Positions 39,957 to 49,736 of a stretch of 64,000 nucleotides of DNA are shown piece by piece. The notes beneath the pieces are model-generated. The model made no database searches, was not told the DNA's origin, and saw nothing but the letters and a program-made list of their open reading frames with translations. Made by a program: the position numbers and the translations under genes. The number at the start of each line of letters is the position of its first letter. Positions within the stretch are counted from its first letter, which is position 1. The DNA is taken from positions 1,280,001-1,344,000 of the forward strand of contig CAVSHB010000001.1 of NCBI GenBank assembly GCA_963727775.1, read 5' to 3'. Source of the DNA: an uncultured Nitrospiraceae bacterium. GTDB taxonomy: Bacteria; Nitrospirota; Thermodesulfovibrionia; Thermodesulfovibrionales; SM23-35.

Positions 39957-40808
39957 TTAATAAATTATATTTCGCCGGGGTGAATTTCCTTCCAGTATCC
40001 TGCCGAAAACATTTGCTTTATCTGCATTGATCATAATGTAACGGGGCAAAGCCATGATATTGTCGGAAGGACTTGTATGCCGCCGTTCAATCGTGAATGC
40101 AGCGATATAGCCTGCCCCGGACGCTCTTTTTTCAAGCCATTCATCATAAATGCCGAAAGGCCATGCAAGCATATCAACTTTAATCCCGAGCTTTTTCTCC
40201 AGTTTTTCTTTTGATTTCTTAAGCTGCATATCCGCGAACTTTTCATATTCGGAGGGAGACAACTTTTTTTTATCCTTCTTGAAATTAGGGTGCCAGTAAG
40301 TGTGCGACTGGATATCGCAAAGACCTGTTTTCCGTATCTCGCCGAGTTGGCGCCATGTCATGGCATATGATGCATTCGATATGGCGGAGGGGTATATAAA
40401 AAGCGTTACGGGAAAACGATATTTTTTTATCAACGGGAGCATAACCGAATAGACGGATTTGTGCCCGTCATCAGCGGCAATTACCACCGACTTTGGCGGT
40501 GGAGGCGATCCTTTGCCGAGGTAGAAATTTATAAGATGTCTCAAAGGTATTACCGTATAACCGTTGTCCTTCAGATATTTCAGGTGCGCCTCGAAAACAG
40601 GCGTTGTGACAGTCATACTGTCGGCAACCGTCGGACCGAAGCGGTGATAAAGAAGAATCGGCACCCTTACCTGGGGACGAACATCTTTATTATCACGCGC
40701 ATCCAACTCTGTCGGCAGAAATGAAGATAGACAAAGGATAAGAACAAATATTATTTTAGCATAAAAAATAAAGGTGGAGACTTGTTGGACCTTTAAACCC
40801 CTTTTCAA
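39957..40808 (-). CDS. Polysaccharide deacetylase (CE4)
   Basis: PILLYHRF, AADDG, QSHTYWHP, LAWPFG, LPRY. Confidence 0.88.
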   Translation of the reverse strand: MKRGLKVQQVSTFIFYAKIIFVLILCLSSFLPTELDARDNKDVRPQVRVPILLYHRFGPTVADSMTVTTPVFEAHLKYLKDNGYTVIPLRHLINFYLGKGSPPPPKSVVIAADDGHKSVYSVMLPLIKKYRFPVTLFIYPSAISNASYAMTWRQLGEIRKTGLCDIQSHTYWHPNFKKDKKKLSPSEYEKFADMQLKKSKEKLEKKLGIKVDMLAWPFGIYDEWLEKRASGAGYIAAFTIERRHTSPSDNIMALPRYIMINADKANVFGRILEGNSPRRNIIY

Positions 40809-40809
40809 T

Positions 40810-41307
40810 TTATCTGTAATTAATGAATTCGATATGATAATCGAACTCTTTTGCCTTAAGTGTCTGAATCACCAATTGAAGATCGTCGATCTTTTTTGCC
40901 CTGACCCGGACTTGGTCTTTCTGGATTTCTGACTGGACCTTGAGTTTCTTGTCTTTAATTATTTTCACAATCTCCTTTGCCCTCTCGGTAGATATGCCCT
41001 GCTGCAAATTAATTACCTGCCTTATGGTATCACCCGCCGCTTTTTCGGCATTGCCGAAATTTAAAGACTTCAAGGATACATTCCGTTTTACCAGCTTTGA
41101 CTTGAGGATTTCGGTCAGGCTTTGAAGCTTGTAGTCATCGTCGGCAACGAGAGTTATTTCAGCCTTGTCCTTATTGAGTTCTATGCTGCTTTTACTTCCC
41201 TTAAAGTCAAACCTCTGTGATATCTCCTTCACAGCCTGCTGCACAGCGTTTAAGACCTCCTGCATATCGACCCTGCTTACGATATCAAAAGAATGCTCAT
41301 CTGCCAT
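40810..41307 (-). CDS. yajQ: YajQ family nucleotide/c-di-GMP-binding protein
   Basis: HSFDIVS..DMQEV.NAV, RFDFKGS, IQKDQVRV..KKIDDLQ, FINYR; GGAGG RBS before ATG 41307. Confidence 0.92.
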   Translation of the reverse strand: MADEHSFDIVSRVDMQEVLNAVQQAVKEISQRFDFKGSKSSIELNKDKAEITLVADDDYKLQSLTEILKSKLVKRNVSLKSLNFGNAEKAAGDTIRQVINLQQGISTERAKEIVKIIKDKKLKVQSEIQKDQVRVRAKKIDDLQLVIQTLKAKEFDYHIEFINYR

Positions 41308-41450
41308 ATGCCCCTCCATGTAAATAGGTTTATTCTGACAGTATATATTATAACCGTGAGCGATGAAAGTCGGATTTAAATTTTTTGACATTAAATTTGA
41401 GAGCTGGAAAGATTGAAGCAAATAATAATTATATTTATTATAATTACAAG

Positions 41451-42182
41451 ATGAGAAAAGGAATATATATACTTCCCAATACCCTTACGTTGTGCGGGAT
41501 GTTCATGGGATTTTATTCAATCTTGTCATCACTTAAGGGTCTTTATGTCCATGCTTCCTGGGCCATTATAATCGCCATGGTATTCGACGGGCTTGATGGC
41601 TGGGTGGCGCGACTTACAAACAGTACGACTAAGTTCGGGATTGAATTGGACTCCTTGTCGGATCTTGTCGCTTTTGGCGTTGCTCCGGCGGTGATGCTTT
41701 ACAAGTGGGCGCTCTGGCCTTTCGGAAGAATCGGGTGGTCTGCGGCTTTTTTATTTATGGCGTGCGGCGCTCTGAGACTTGCCAGATATAATGTACAGAT
41801 GGGGTCCAGAGAATCGAAATCATTCACCGGCATGCCGATTCCCGGCGCTGCGACAATTGTTGCAACGATGGTAATTTTTTATCATACGGCATGGGAGCCC
41901 ATGCCGGGGAAGAATATTTACATCTTATTATTAACATTCATTCTGGCTGTCCTTATGGTGAGCACATTGAGGTTTCACGGCGCAAAGGAGATAGACTTCA
42001 GCAGGAGGAAGCCGTTCTGGCTGCTGGTTGCGATCGTTGTGGCTTTTGCGATCGTGGTAATGCATCCCGCGGTTGCGCTTTTTATATTTGCAATGATCTA
42101 TTTAATCATCGGGGTAATTGAAAACGTCATTCTTTTTTACAGGAGAAGAAAGCAAATGAATAATGCAGGTGCAAGGCAATGA
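41451..42182 (+). CDS. pssA: CDP-diacylglycerol--serine O-phosphatidyltransferase
   Basis: LPNTLT, FDGLDGWVAR..FGIELDSLSDLVAFGVAP, ALRLARYN, FTGMPIP. Confidence 0.93.
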   Translation: MRKGIYILPNTLTLCGMFMGFYSILSSLKGLYVHASWAIIIAMVFDGLDGWVARLTNSTTKFGIELDSLSDLVAFGVAPAVMLYKWALWPFGRIGWSAAFLFMACGALRLARYNVQMGSRESKSFTGMPIPGAATIVATMVIFYHTAWEPMPGKNIYILLLTFILAVLMVSTLRFHGAKEIDFSRRKPFWLLVAIVVAFAIVVMHPAVALFIFAMIYLIIGVIENVILFYRRRKQMNNAGARQ

Positions 42183-43690
42183 GAATGATAAAAATATTCG
42201 ATACAACACTGCGTGACGGTGAACAGTCACCGGGCGCATCCATGAATGTCCAGGAAAAGCTGATGGTTGCAAAACAGCTTGCAAAAATGGGTGTCGATAT
42301 TATCGAGGCAGGATTCGCTTACAGTTCCCCAGGTGATTTTGAGGCGGTAAAGACCATAGGGAATGAAGTGACCGGACCGATCATCTGCAGTCTTGCAAGG
42401 GCAAGGGAAGAAGATATAAAGAGCGCATGGGAAGCGCTGAAGGAGGCGCCGAAGAAACGGATACATACGTTCCACTCTACCTCTGATATCCACCTCAAAT
42501 ATCAGTTTCGGGTGAGCAGGGAAGAGGCATTAAAAAGGTCTGTCGAGATGGTGAAGCTTGCGAGGAGTTATGTAGACGATGTCGAGTTTTCACCCATGGA
42601 TGCGACCAGAACAGATATCAATTATCTATGTGAGGTGATCGAAGCTGTGATAGCGGCCGGTGCTTCAACGGTAAATATACCCGATACCGTCGGATACAGC
42701 ATACCTGTTGAATTCGGAACAATGATAAAGACTATACACGAGAGGGTCAAGAATATTAACAACGCAATAATCTCTGTTCACTGCCACAACGACCTCGGGC
42801 TTTCGACTGCAAATTCCCTGTCAGCGGTGTTGAACGGCGCGGGGCAGATTGAGTGCACGATAAACGGCATCGGAGAACGTGCCGGCAACTGTTCAATGGA
42901 AGAGGTTGTTATGGCGTTAAGGACAAGACGCGACCTTTTCGATGCGGATACCAAACTGCATACAGAGGAAATCATGCGGTCCAGCAGGCTCGTGACCAAG
43001 ATAACCGGTATTTCCGTGCAACCGAATAAAGCGATTGTGGGTGCGAATGCGTTTGCGCATGAATCCGGCATCCATCAGGACGGCCTACTGAAAGAAAAGT
43101 CTACATATGAGATTATCCGGCCTGAAAGTATAGGCCTTTATTCTACGAAGCTTGTCCTCGGCAAGCACTCCGGAAGGCATGCGTTTAAGACAAGATTGAA
43201 AGATCTCGGTTACATCATTGGAGACGAGGAACTTAATAGGGCTTTCGAGCGGTTTAAAAAACTTGCGGACCAGAAAAAAGACATATTCGATGAAGATATT
43301 GAGGCTTTGGTTTCCGAAGGTGTTACAAAAGTGCCTGAGGTTTACAGTTTGATTGATTTGTATATTGTGGGAGGAGTCAACCAAAAGCCGACAGCGGCGA
43401 TCAAACTTAAAGTCGGTGAAAATGTCATAGACAAGCTGGAACACGGTGACGGGCCTGTTGACGCAACATATAAGGCCATTGAAGCGGCAACATTTACAAA
43501 GAGCAAACTGCTGAAATTTGAAGTTAAGAGCATAACAGGCGGTACGGACGCGCTCGGCGAAGTAGTGGTCTCGCTTGAAGAAGATGACAGGACTGCAAGG
43601 GGGCATGGCGCTGATACTGATATTATTGTGGCCGCTGCCAAGGCCTATATTAACGCGCTGAATAAACTTGAGGCGAGGAAGAAACAGTAA
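42179..43690 (+). CDS. leuA: 2-isopropylmalate synthase
   Basis: FDTTLRDGEQSPG, HCHNDLG, GIGERAGN, AHESGIHQDG, GKHSGRH, GDGPVDA. Confidence 0.96.
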   Translation: MRMIKIFDTTLRDGEQSPGASMNVQEKLMVAKQLAKMGVDIIEAGFAYSSPGDFEAVKTIGNEVTGPIICSLARAREEDIKSAWEALKEAPKKRIHTFHSTSDIHLKYQFRVSREEALKRSVEMVKLARSYVDDVEFSPMDATRTDINYLCEVIEAVIAAGASTVNIPDTVGYSIPVEFGTMIKTIHERVKNINNAIISVHCHNDLGLSTANSLSAVLNGAGQIECTINGIGERAGNCSMEEVVMALRTRRDLFDADTKLHTEEIMRSSRLVTKITGISVQPNKAIVGANAFAHESGIHQDGLLKEKSTYEIIRPESIGLYSTKLVLGKHSGRHAFKTRLKDLGYIIGDEELNRAFERFKKLADQKKDIFDEDIEALVSEGVTKVPEVYSLIDLYIVGGVNQKPTAAIKLKVGENVIDKLEHGDGPVDATYKAIEAATFTKSKLLKFEVKSITGGTDALGEVVVSLEEDDRTARGHGADTDIIVAAAKAYINALNKLEARKKQ

Positions 43691-43696
43691 GCGCGA

Positions 43697-44494
43697 CTAT
43701 CTTTTTATAGAGGCTCCCCATTGCAGAAGGTTGTCTGCAATAAAATTGATGACCTTTTTATGGTCATCTTTACCTGTACCCTGGACCATAAACGGTTTGC
43801 CGAAAACCATATGAATCGATTTATCGCGGCTGATAGGTCCTATTTCCTTAAGGTATTTGCCGTTTCCCCAATAATCCGTCTTGAGAGCTACGGGTAAAAC
43901 CATTACACCTGCAGCTTTGGCAAGCTTGATGCCTAAGGAATTAAATTCTTCAGGAACAAGATCTTTGGTTCGCGTACTCTGAGGAAAAATGACGACGGAA
44001 ATTCCCTTATCCAAAAACTCTTTTCCCCTTACCATGACTGTTTGAAAATCTTCGCGTGGGTTCTTTCTGTTAACTAGTATGGGATTCCGGGCACCCATGA
44101 CGGGCCCGAACAAAGGATGCCTGACCAAGCTTTCCTTGACTACAAAAGTAACTTCCATTACGGGTGCGATTATGCCGGGAAATACCATTGTTTCCAGGGT
44201 ACTCATGTGGTTGCTGATAAAAACGACAGGCTTTCGACAAGAACGCAAGTTATCCAACCCTTCGAGGTGAAAACGCCCGCCGCAGCCCTCTATTAATTTA
44301 AATACCCTATAAGAGGACTCTGCCCAGGCTTTTCTGTCGTACAAGCCTTTGAGTGCTATGGAGCGCGATCTGAGGACCTCTCTTAGGTATTTTCCTGCAA
44401 AATACCATCGGGTATTCAGGGACAGCCTATCCCCGAAGAACCGGTGGCAATCCACGGGAGTATCATAGGATGAACCGGCAAAAAATGATTCCAC
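43697..44494 (-). CDS. 1-acyl-sn-glycerol-3-phosphate acyltransferase family protein
   Basis: NHMSTLE, FVVKESL, VIFPQSTR. Confidence 0.85.
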   Translation of the reverse strand: MESFFAGSSYDTPVDCHRFFGDRLSLNTRWYFAGKYLREVLRSRSIALKGLYDRKAWAESSYRVFKLIEGCGGRFHLEGLDNLRSCRKPVVFISNHMSTLETMVFPGIIAPVMEVTFVVKESLVRHPLFGPVMGARNPILVNRKNPREDFQTVMVRGKEFLDKGISVVIFPQSTRTKDLVPEEFNSLGIKLAKAAGVMVLPVALKTDYWGNGKYLKEIGPISRDKSIHMVFGKPFMVQGTGKDDHKKVINFIADNLLQWGASIKR

Positions 44495-44557
44495 AGCTGC
44501 AGTCTCCTTTGCTTAACGTACTGGAAGTACACGCTTATCTAAAGCGTATAACACAAA

Positions 44558-44752
44558 TCAATCAAGTATCTCCTTCACGCGTCCTACTTCTCCACTTTTC
44601 AGACGGACTTTAATGCCATGTGGATGTGAGGATGAATTGGTTAAGATATCATTAACAATTCCTTCTGTTAATTTCCCGGATCGTTGGTCTTTCTTCAAAA
44701 CGATTGAAACACGCAAGCCCGGTTTTACATCCGACCGATTAGTCCCATCCAT
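44558..44752 (-). CDS. YwbE family small protein
   Basis: IVLKKDQRSGKLTEG.V.DILTNS..HPHGIKVRL..G.VGRV. Confidence 0.88.
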   Translation of the reverse strand: MDGTNRSDVKPGLRVSIVLKKDQRSGKLTEGIVNDILTNSSSHPHGIKVRLKSGEVGRVKEILD

Positions 44753-44848
44753 TTTTCTCATATCAGAGTTATTCCTTGTTGATTTTATCAAGATTTTCCT
44801 TATTAAAGAAAAATGCCTCTTGAAAAACCGATTAGTTAAAAAGTTGAA

Positions 44849-45274
44849 TTATATTTTTGACTCCGCGATATCTCTCAGTAATCCCTGGACCTTTTCCTTT
44901 ATCTCATCTCTGGCCCGTCTGAAATCTTTCATTATATGCTCTTCAGTTCCGAATGTCCCAACAGGGTCTTTAATGGGCCAATGAATGCGTTTAATCCCCG
45001 GGGGTGTCCTCGGACAGTATTCCTCAGCATTTGTGCACAGAGTGATGATGATATCCATCTGCTGAAGTAATTTCTGATCAATCTCCTTGGATTTCTGTCT
45101 GAAAATATCAATGCCGATTTCACTCATGACAGAAATAGCTCTTATGTGAACACCGGCTGCCATGAGGCCCGCACTGTATACTTCAACCAGCCCTTTCCCG
45201 TATTCTCTGGCAAATCCTTCTGCCATCTGGCTTCTGCAGGAGTTTGCAGTACACAAAAACATAATTTTCTTCAT
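44849..45274 (-). CDS. arsC: Arsenate reductase (thioredoxin-coupled, LMW-PTPase fold)
   Basis: FLCTANSCRSQMAEG, ITLC..AEEYCP, HWPIKDP, FRRARDEI. Confidence 0.88.
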   Translation of the reverse strand: MKKIMFLCTANSCRSQMAEGFAREYGKGLVEVYSAGLMAAGVHIRAISVMSEIGIDIFRQKSKEIDQKLLQQMDIIITLCTNAEEYCPRTPPGIKRIHWPIKDPVGTFGTEEHIMKDFRRARDEIKEKVQGLLRDIAESKI

Positions 45275-45398
45275 AGATACACTCGATATTTATATTTTAA
45301 TAATTTAAATAAAAAAGGTATTTCTCGTAAATATGAGTTCTTAGTATACCTTAAACATAAAAAACGGTTAAATAACATTTTGTCACATTAGTGAATAA

Positions 45399-45431
45399 AA
45401 ACTTGAATAAATAAGTATATTTTATTATTAT
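45399..45431 (+). promoter_or_regulatory. Putative sigma70 promoter with overlapping IscR/Rrf2-like site upstream of NifU-domain gene
   Basis: TTGAAT(45403)-17 bp-TATTAT(45426); aaacttgaataaataagtatatttt resembles the IscR type-1 consensus. Confidence 0.3.
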
Positions 45432-45453
45432 TAAAGAAAAATATGGAGGACAT

Positions 45454-45675
45454 ATGTTGAAGGAAGACGTGGAAAAGACACTCGAAAAGATAAGGTCCGG
45501 TCTTCAGAGAGACGGCGGAGATATAGAGCTCGTTGAGATAAAGGATACGGCAGTGTACGTAAAACTTAAAGGCGCTTGCGGCTCATGTCCAATGTCAACG
45601 CTGACATTGAAGAATTGGGTCGAGGCAACGCTCAAAAGAGAGATACCCGAAATAAGTTCTGTGCAGGCTGTTTAA
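45454..45675 (+). CDS. NifU/NfuA C-terminal domain Fe-S protein
   Basis: IRSGLQRDGGDIELV, LKGACGSCPMS..TLK. Confidence 0.92.
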   Translation: MLKEDVEKTLEKIRSGLQRDGGDIELVEIKDTAVYVKLKGACGSCPMSTLTLKNWVEATLKREIPEISSVQAV

Positions 45676-45737
45676 ATAATTATTTGGGGGTTGGAGAACA
45701 AAAATTGTTTTTAAACCTCGAATTATACAGTAGAAAT

Positions 45738-46883
45738 GTGTTGAAATATGTTGTTCTTCTATTGCTCTTTTTGTCTCCTTCGTTTTTAGCGGCTTCCGAT
45801 AAGGTCAAAGTAAAGGATATTCATCACTGGTCATCTCCGGATTACACAAGAATTGTGATTGATATGACAGGGCCTGCTGAGTTTTCAAAGAACCGTTTGT
45901 CAAACCCCGACAGGCTTTATTTTGATCTGAAGAATACCAGTATAGTGACGGAGATAAAGACCACTCTGCCCGTGGGAGACGGCATATTGAAGACGGTAAG
46001 AGCATCTCAGTTTAACCCTGATACGGTGCGGGTGGTACTTGATATCGAAGAGATTACAGATTATAACTCCTTTGTGCTTGAAGATCCTGCGCGGCTTGTG
46101 ATTGATTTATATGGAAAAGGCAAACAGATCGACAGATCGGCCACGAATATTTCGAAAAGAAGGATTGTCATTGATGCCGGGCATGGGGGCCACGATCCCG
46201 GAGCCATAGGGCCAAACAAACTCTACGAAAAAGACGTGGTGCTTGATATCGCGCTGAAGGTCAAAAAAATCCTCAAGGCAGATCCGATGTATGAAGTTTT
46301 TTTAACGAGGGAGAAAGATATATTCATACCTCTTGAAGAGAGAACGGCTATCGCAAACAGAAAGAATGCGGACCTCTTCGTATCAATTCATGCAAATGCA
46401 AGTCCGGGTATAAAGGCCAGAGGAGTCGAAACATACCTGCTTAACTGGACGGATGACGAGGAGGCGATGAAAGTCGCGGCAAGGGAGAACAGGATATCCT
46501 TGAAGAAAATGAAGGCGATGAACAGGCAGATGGACATTGTGGAGGTAATCAAGAGCGATCTCATGAGGGAAAACAAAAGGGACGAATCACTGAAGCTTGC
46601 CAATTATGTCCAGAGGTCTATGATATCAACCCTGGAGAATAACCATAACGTGCATGACCTCGGCGTGAAGCAGGCCCTTTTTTATGTGCTTTTTGGCGCA
46701 AAAATGCCGTCGGTGCTCGCGGAAGTCTCTTTTATCAGTAACCCGGATGAAGAAAAACTTTTGTCCTGTGATTCATACAGGATGGAAATAGCGAGGGCCA
46801 TCGCAGACGGCGTCACTACCTATTTCACTTCTACCCCGGCAGTCCAGAAGGTTGTAAGATTAAACAGCAGCCGACAAAGGTAA
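45738..46883 (+). CDS. N-acetylmuramoyl-L-alanine amidase (AMIN + Amidase_3)
   Basis: Signal peptide from GTG 45738; NPDRLYFD, DPARLVID, IDAGHGGHDPGA, FVSIHANA, LAEVSFISN. Confidence 0.9.
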   Translation: MLKYVVLLLLFLSPSFLAASDKVKVKDIHHWSSPDYTRIVIDMTGPAEFSKNRLSNPDRLYFDLKNTSIVTEIKTTLPVGDGILKTVRASQFNPDTVRVVLDIEEITDYNSFVLEDPARLVIDLYGKGKQIDRSATNISKRRIVIDAGHGGHDPGAIGPNKLYEKDVVLDIALKVKKILKADPMYEVFLTREKDIFIPLEERTAIANRKNADLFVSIHANASPGIKARGVETYLLNWTDDEEAMKVAARENRISLKKMKAMNRQMDIVEVIKSDLMRENKRDESLKLANYVQRSMISTLENNHNVHDLGVKQALFYVLFGAKMPSVLAEVSFISNPDEEKLLSCDSYRMEIARAIADGVTTYFTSTPAVQKVVRLNSSRQR

Positions 46884-46887
46884 GCTT

Positions 46888-47505
46888 TTGTTACCTGAGC
46901 TGAGGATTCTCTCATACATAATATTCATCATTTGTCTGTTTTTGATTAAAGACCTCTATGTTTATCTGTTCATAGGCATTGCGATATCGATGCTTCTGCT
47001 ATTTATTCCCATCAGATATGTAAAGAGCGGCTGGATCCCGATAAGCCTTTTTCTGGTTTTCACTTTTCTCGGCAATGTATTATTCCAGCATGGGAAAATA
47101 CTCTACTACGCAGGCCCACTGGTTATTACTCAGGAAGGGCTCAATGCGGCGTCGATTAGAACGCTCCGGGTATTTTTTATGATAGCCGGTGCAAAGATAT
47201 TGACTGCTACCACAAAGGTTGAATTGCTTGTCGGTGCTCTCGGTAAAATGTTAAATCCGTTGGAGCGGTTGGGTATACCTGTCCGCGAATTCTTCTCAAT
47301 GATGGGGTTGACCATGAAAACCCTACCAAAGCTTAAGGAGCATATTACCGTTGCATATAAAGAGAAGGTAAGGGACGGGAATATAACAGGCTTCTGGAAC
47401 AGGGCCAAGGTGATTTCTCTGTTCCTGGTGCCGTTATTTGTAAAAAGCATGCAATCTCCGGAGGTATTCTTTGAAGATGAATCAGACAGTGAGAAGAACG
47501 ATTGA
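46888..47505 (+). CDS. ECF transporter transmembrane component T (CbiQ-like), short
   Basis: Hydrophobic 205 aa; LTATT..EL..AL..L.PLERLGIPV..FSMM.L....P. Confidence 0.7.
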   Translation: MLPELRILSYIIFIICLFLIKDLYVYLFIGIAISMLLLFIPIRYVKSGWIPISLFLVFTFLGNVLFQHGKILYYAGPLVITQEGLNAASIRTLRVFFMIAGAKILTATTKVELLVGALGKMLNPLERLGIPVREFFSMMGLTMKTLPKLKEHITVAYKEKVRDGNITGFWNRAKVISLFLVPLFVKSMQSPEVFFEDESDSEKND

Positions 47506-49078
47506 TATATTGATCAAAGGCAGCCTGATCTTTGATGGCGCCGGTTCGGAGCCTTTTGAAGCGGACATAGGTATCGCGGGCGATGCAATTGCATTTATTG
47601 ACAAAAAGAAAAAATCTTGTCATGCAAAAAAAGTCATTGAGGCCGAAGGACTGGCAGTGGCGCCCGGATTTATAGATACCCATGCGCACTCCGAGTTTAC
47701 GTTGTTGGCCGACCCGCGCGCGGAAGGTAAAATATGTCAGGGTATAACAACTGAAATAAACGGAAACTGCGGCCTTTCCGCCGGACCGCTGTTCGGTAAG
47801 GCATTGAAGCAAAGGGAAGCGGACCTCAGGGAATTGGGCATACGGGAACGATGGGCGACCTTCAAGGAATATTTTGGAATACTTGAAGGCAGAGGAATCT
47901 CCCTTAATTTTGCCACGTTGGCCGGACATGGAAACATAAGGGCGTGTGTGGCGGGATATGACGACAGAAAGTTAACAGCTCCGGACATTAAGGATGCATG
48001 CGCTTTGCTAAGGAAGTCGATAGCAGAAGGCGCAATAGGACTTTCTACGGGATTGATATACCCGCCGGGCGTATATTCGGATACCGAAGAACTCATTGCT
48101 CTGGCAAAATGCTGCAACCGGCATATCTATACATCCCACATGAGGAGTGAAGGCGACAGGTTGATACAATCGGTTGAAGAGATACTAAGGATCGCCAAAG
48201 GAGCGGGGATTAAGGTCCATATCTCACACGTAAAGACAAGCGGCGAAAGAAACTGGCATAAGATAAATAACGTGATACAATTAATAAAAGAAGCGCAAGA
48301 GGAAGGAACCAATATCACCTGTGACAGGTATCCCTATACCGCCGCCTCTACCGACCTCGATACGGTATTACCGAATTGGGCATATGAAGGCGGTTCTGAA
48401 GAAGAGCTGCGGAGGTTAAGGGACCCTGCATTACAGGAGAAGTTAAGAAAGCAAGTGCTGTCCGAATATCCCGAAATGAAATACTGGGAAAGAATAACAA
48501 TATCATCAGTGGTCTCTGAGCAATACCGATGGATGGAGGGAAAGAACATGGCTTCGATAGCACAACGCGAAAAATCTGAGCCGGTAGACATCCTTTTCAA
48601 GGTGCTGACCGAAGAAAGACTCAGGGTAGGCGCGATATTTTTGTCGATGAATGAGGAGAATCTATCAAGATTTCTTTCGTTGCCCAACCTTATGATAGGG
48701 ACCGACAGCTCTGCGCGTTCTTCCGATGGTCCGACATTCAAAGGCAAGCCCCATCCGAGAGGATTTGGGAGTTTCCCGAGGTTCCTGGGCAAATATGTGA
48801 GAGACAATTCATTAATGGATATGAGCAAAGCGGTGCATAAAATAACGATGCTTCCAGCCAGGACATTCGGCATAAAGAAAAGAGGAGTTTTAAGGAAAGG
48901 AGTTTTTGCGGATATCGTTGTCTTTGACCATAAAAAAATAATCGATAGAGCGACATTCGATGATCCGTTTTTAAAGCCCGAAGGTATTCACTATGTTATA
49001 GTCAATGGACTGCCCGCTGTGTGGGAAGGTGAAATGACAGGTAACCGGTCCGGCAGAATACTCAGACATGGGAAATAA
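47477..49078 (+). CDS. N-acyl-D-amino-acid deacylase (D-aminoacylase)
   Basis: APGFIDTHAHS, GNCG.S, GLSTGLIYPPG, YTSHMRSE, HISHVK, PHPRGFGSFPR. Confidence 0.9.
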   Translation: MNQTVRRTIDILIKGSLIFDGAGSEPFEADIGIAGDAIAFIDKKKKSCHAKKVIEAEGLAVAPGFIDTHAHSEFTLLADPRAEGKICQGITTEINGNCGLSAGPLFGKALKQREADLRELGIRERWATFKEYFGILEGRGISLNFATLAGHGNIRACVAGYDDRKLTAPDIKDACALLRKSIAEGAIGLSTGLIYPPGVYSDTEELIALAKCCNRHIYTSHMRSEGDRLIQSVEEILRIAKGAGIKVHISHVKTSGERNWHKINNVIQLIKEAQEEGTNITCDRYPYTAASTDLDTVLPNWAYEGGSEEELRRLRDPALQEKLRKQVLSEYPEMKYWERITISSVVSEQYRWMEGKNMASIAQREKSEPVDILFKVLTEERLRVGAIFLSMNEENLSRFLSLPNLMIGTDSSARSSDGPTFKGKPHPRGFGSFPRFLGKYVRDNSLMDMSKAVHKITMLPARTFGIKKRGVLRKGVFADIVVFDHKKIIDRATFDDPFLKPEGIHYVIVNGLPAVWEGEMTGNRSGRILRHGK

Positions 49079-49736
49079 GCCTGTCATCGGAATAACTGCG
49101 GATTCAGATGAAAAATATTTAAGAGTGAAGCACGGCTATTGCGAAGCGGTTGCGGAAGCGGGCGGGATCCCTGTGTTGTTGCCGCATGTTGATAATCCGA
49201 AAGATTACGCAGAAATCATTAATGCGCTCCTTATCTCCGGAGGGGATGACCTCGATCCGTCGTATTATAATGAAGAACAATTGCTTCAGGTAAAACCTGT
49301 ATCGAGAAAACGGAGCGACTTTGAGTTCTCCTTACTCAGTGAAATGATTGGCCTTAAAAAACCGGTATTCGGCATCTGTTACGGCATGCAGCTTATAAAT
49401 GTATTCTTCGGCGGGACGTTATACCAGGATATCGGAACACAGCTTTCAGTGGAAACCGATCATAAAAAGGATTATCATTTGATAGTGATAACAAAAAACA
49501 GGTTTTTGAAAGAAGACCGGTTTTATGTGAACAGCACACATCATCAGGCTATAAAAAAGCTTGGTAACGGCCTTTTGCCTGTTGCATATTCTCAGGACGG
49601 GCTGATTGAAGCGTTTTCCAGGGAAGATTATAATTTTCTGATCGGTGTTCAGTGGCATCCGGAACGGCTGGCCGGCGAAGAGCTTTCCTTGAATCTTTTT
49701 AAATCTTTTATAGAAGTATCATGTGACGGAAAATAG
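49068..49736 (+). CDS. Peptidase C26 / gamma-glutamyl-gamma-aminobutyrate hydrolase family
   Basis: SGGDDLDP, GICYGMQ, VNSTHHQA, GVQWHPE. Confidence 0.9.
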   Translation: MGNKPVIGITADSDEKYLRVKHGYCEAVAEAGGIPVLLPHVDNPKDYAEIINALLISGGDDLDPSYYNEEQLLQVKPVSRKRSDFEFSLLSEMIGLKKPVFGICYGMQLINVFFGGTLYQDIGTQLSVETDHKKDYHLIVITKNRFLKEDRFYVNSTHHQAIKKLGNGLLPVAYSQDGLIEAFSREDYNFLIGVQWHPERLAGEELSLNLFKSFIEVSCDGK

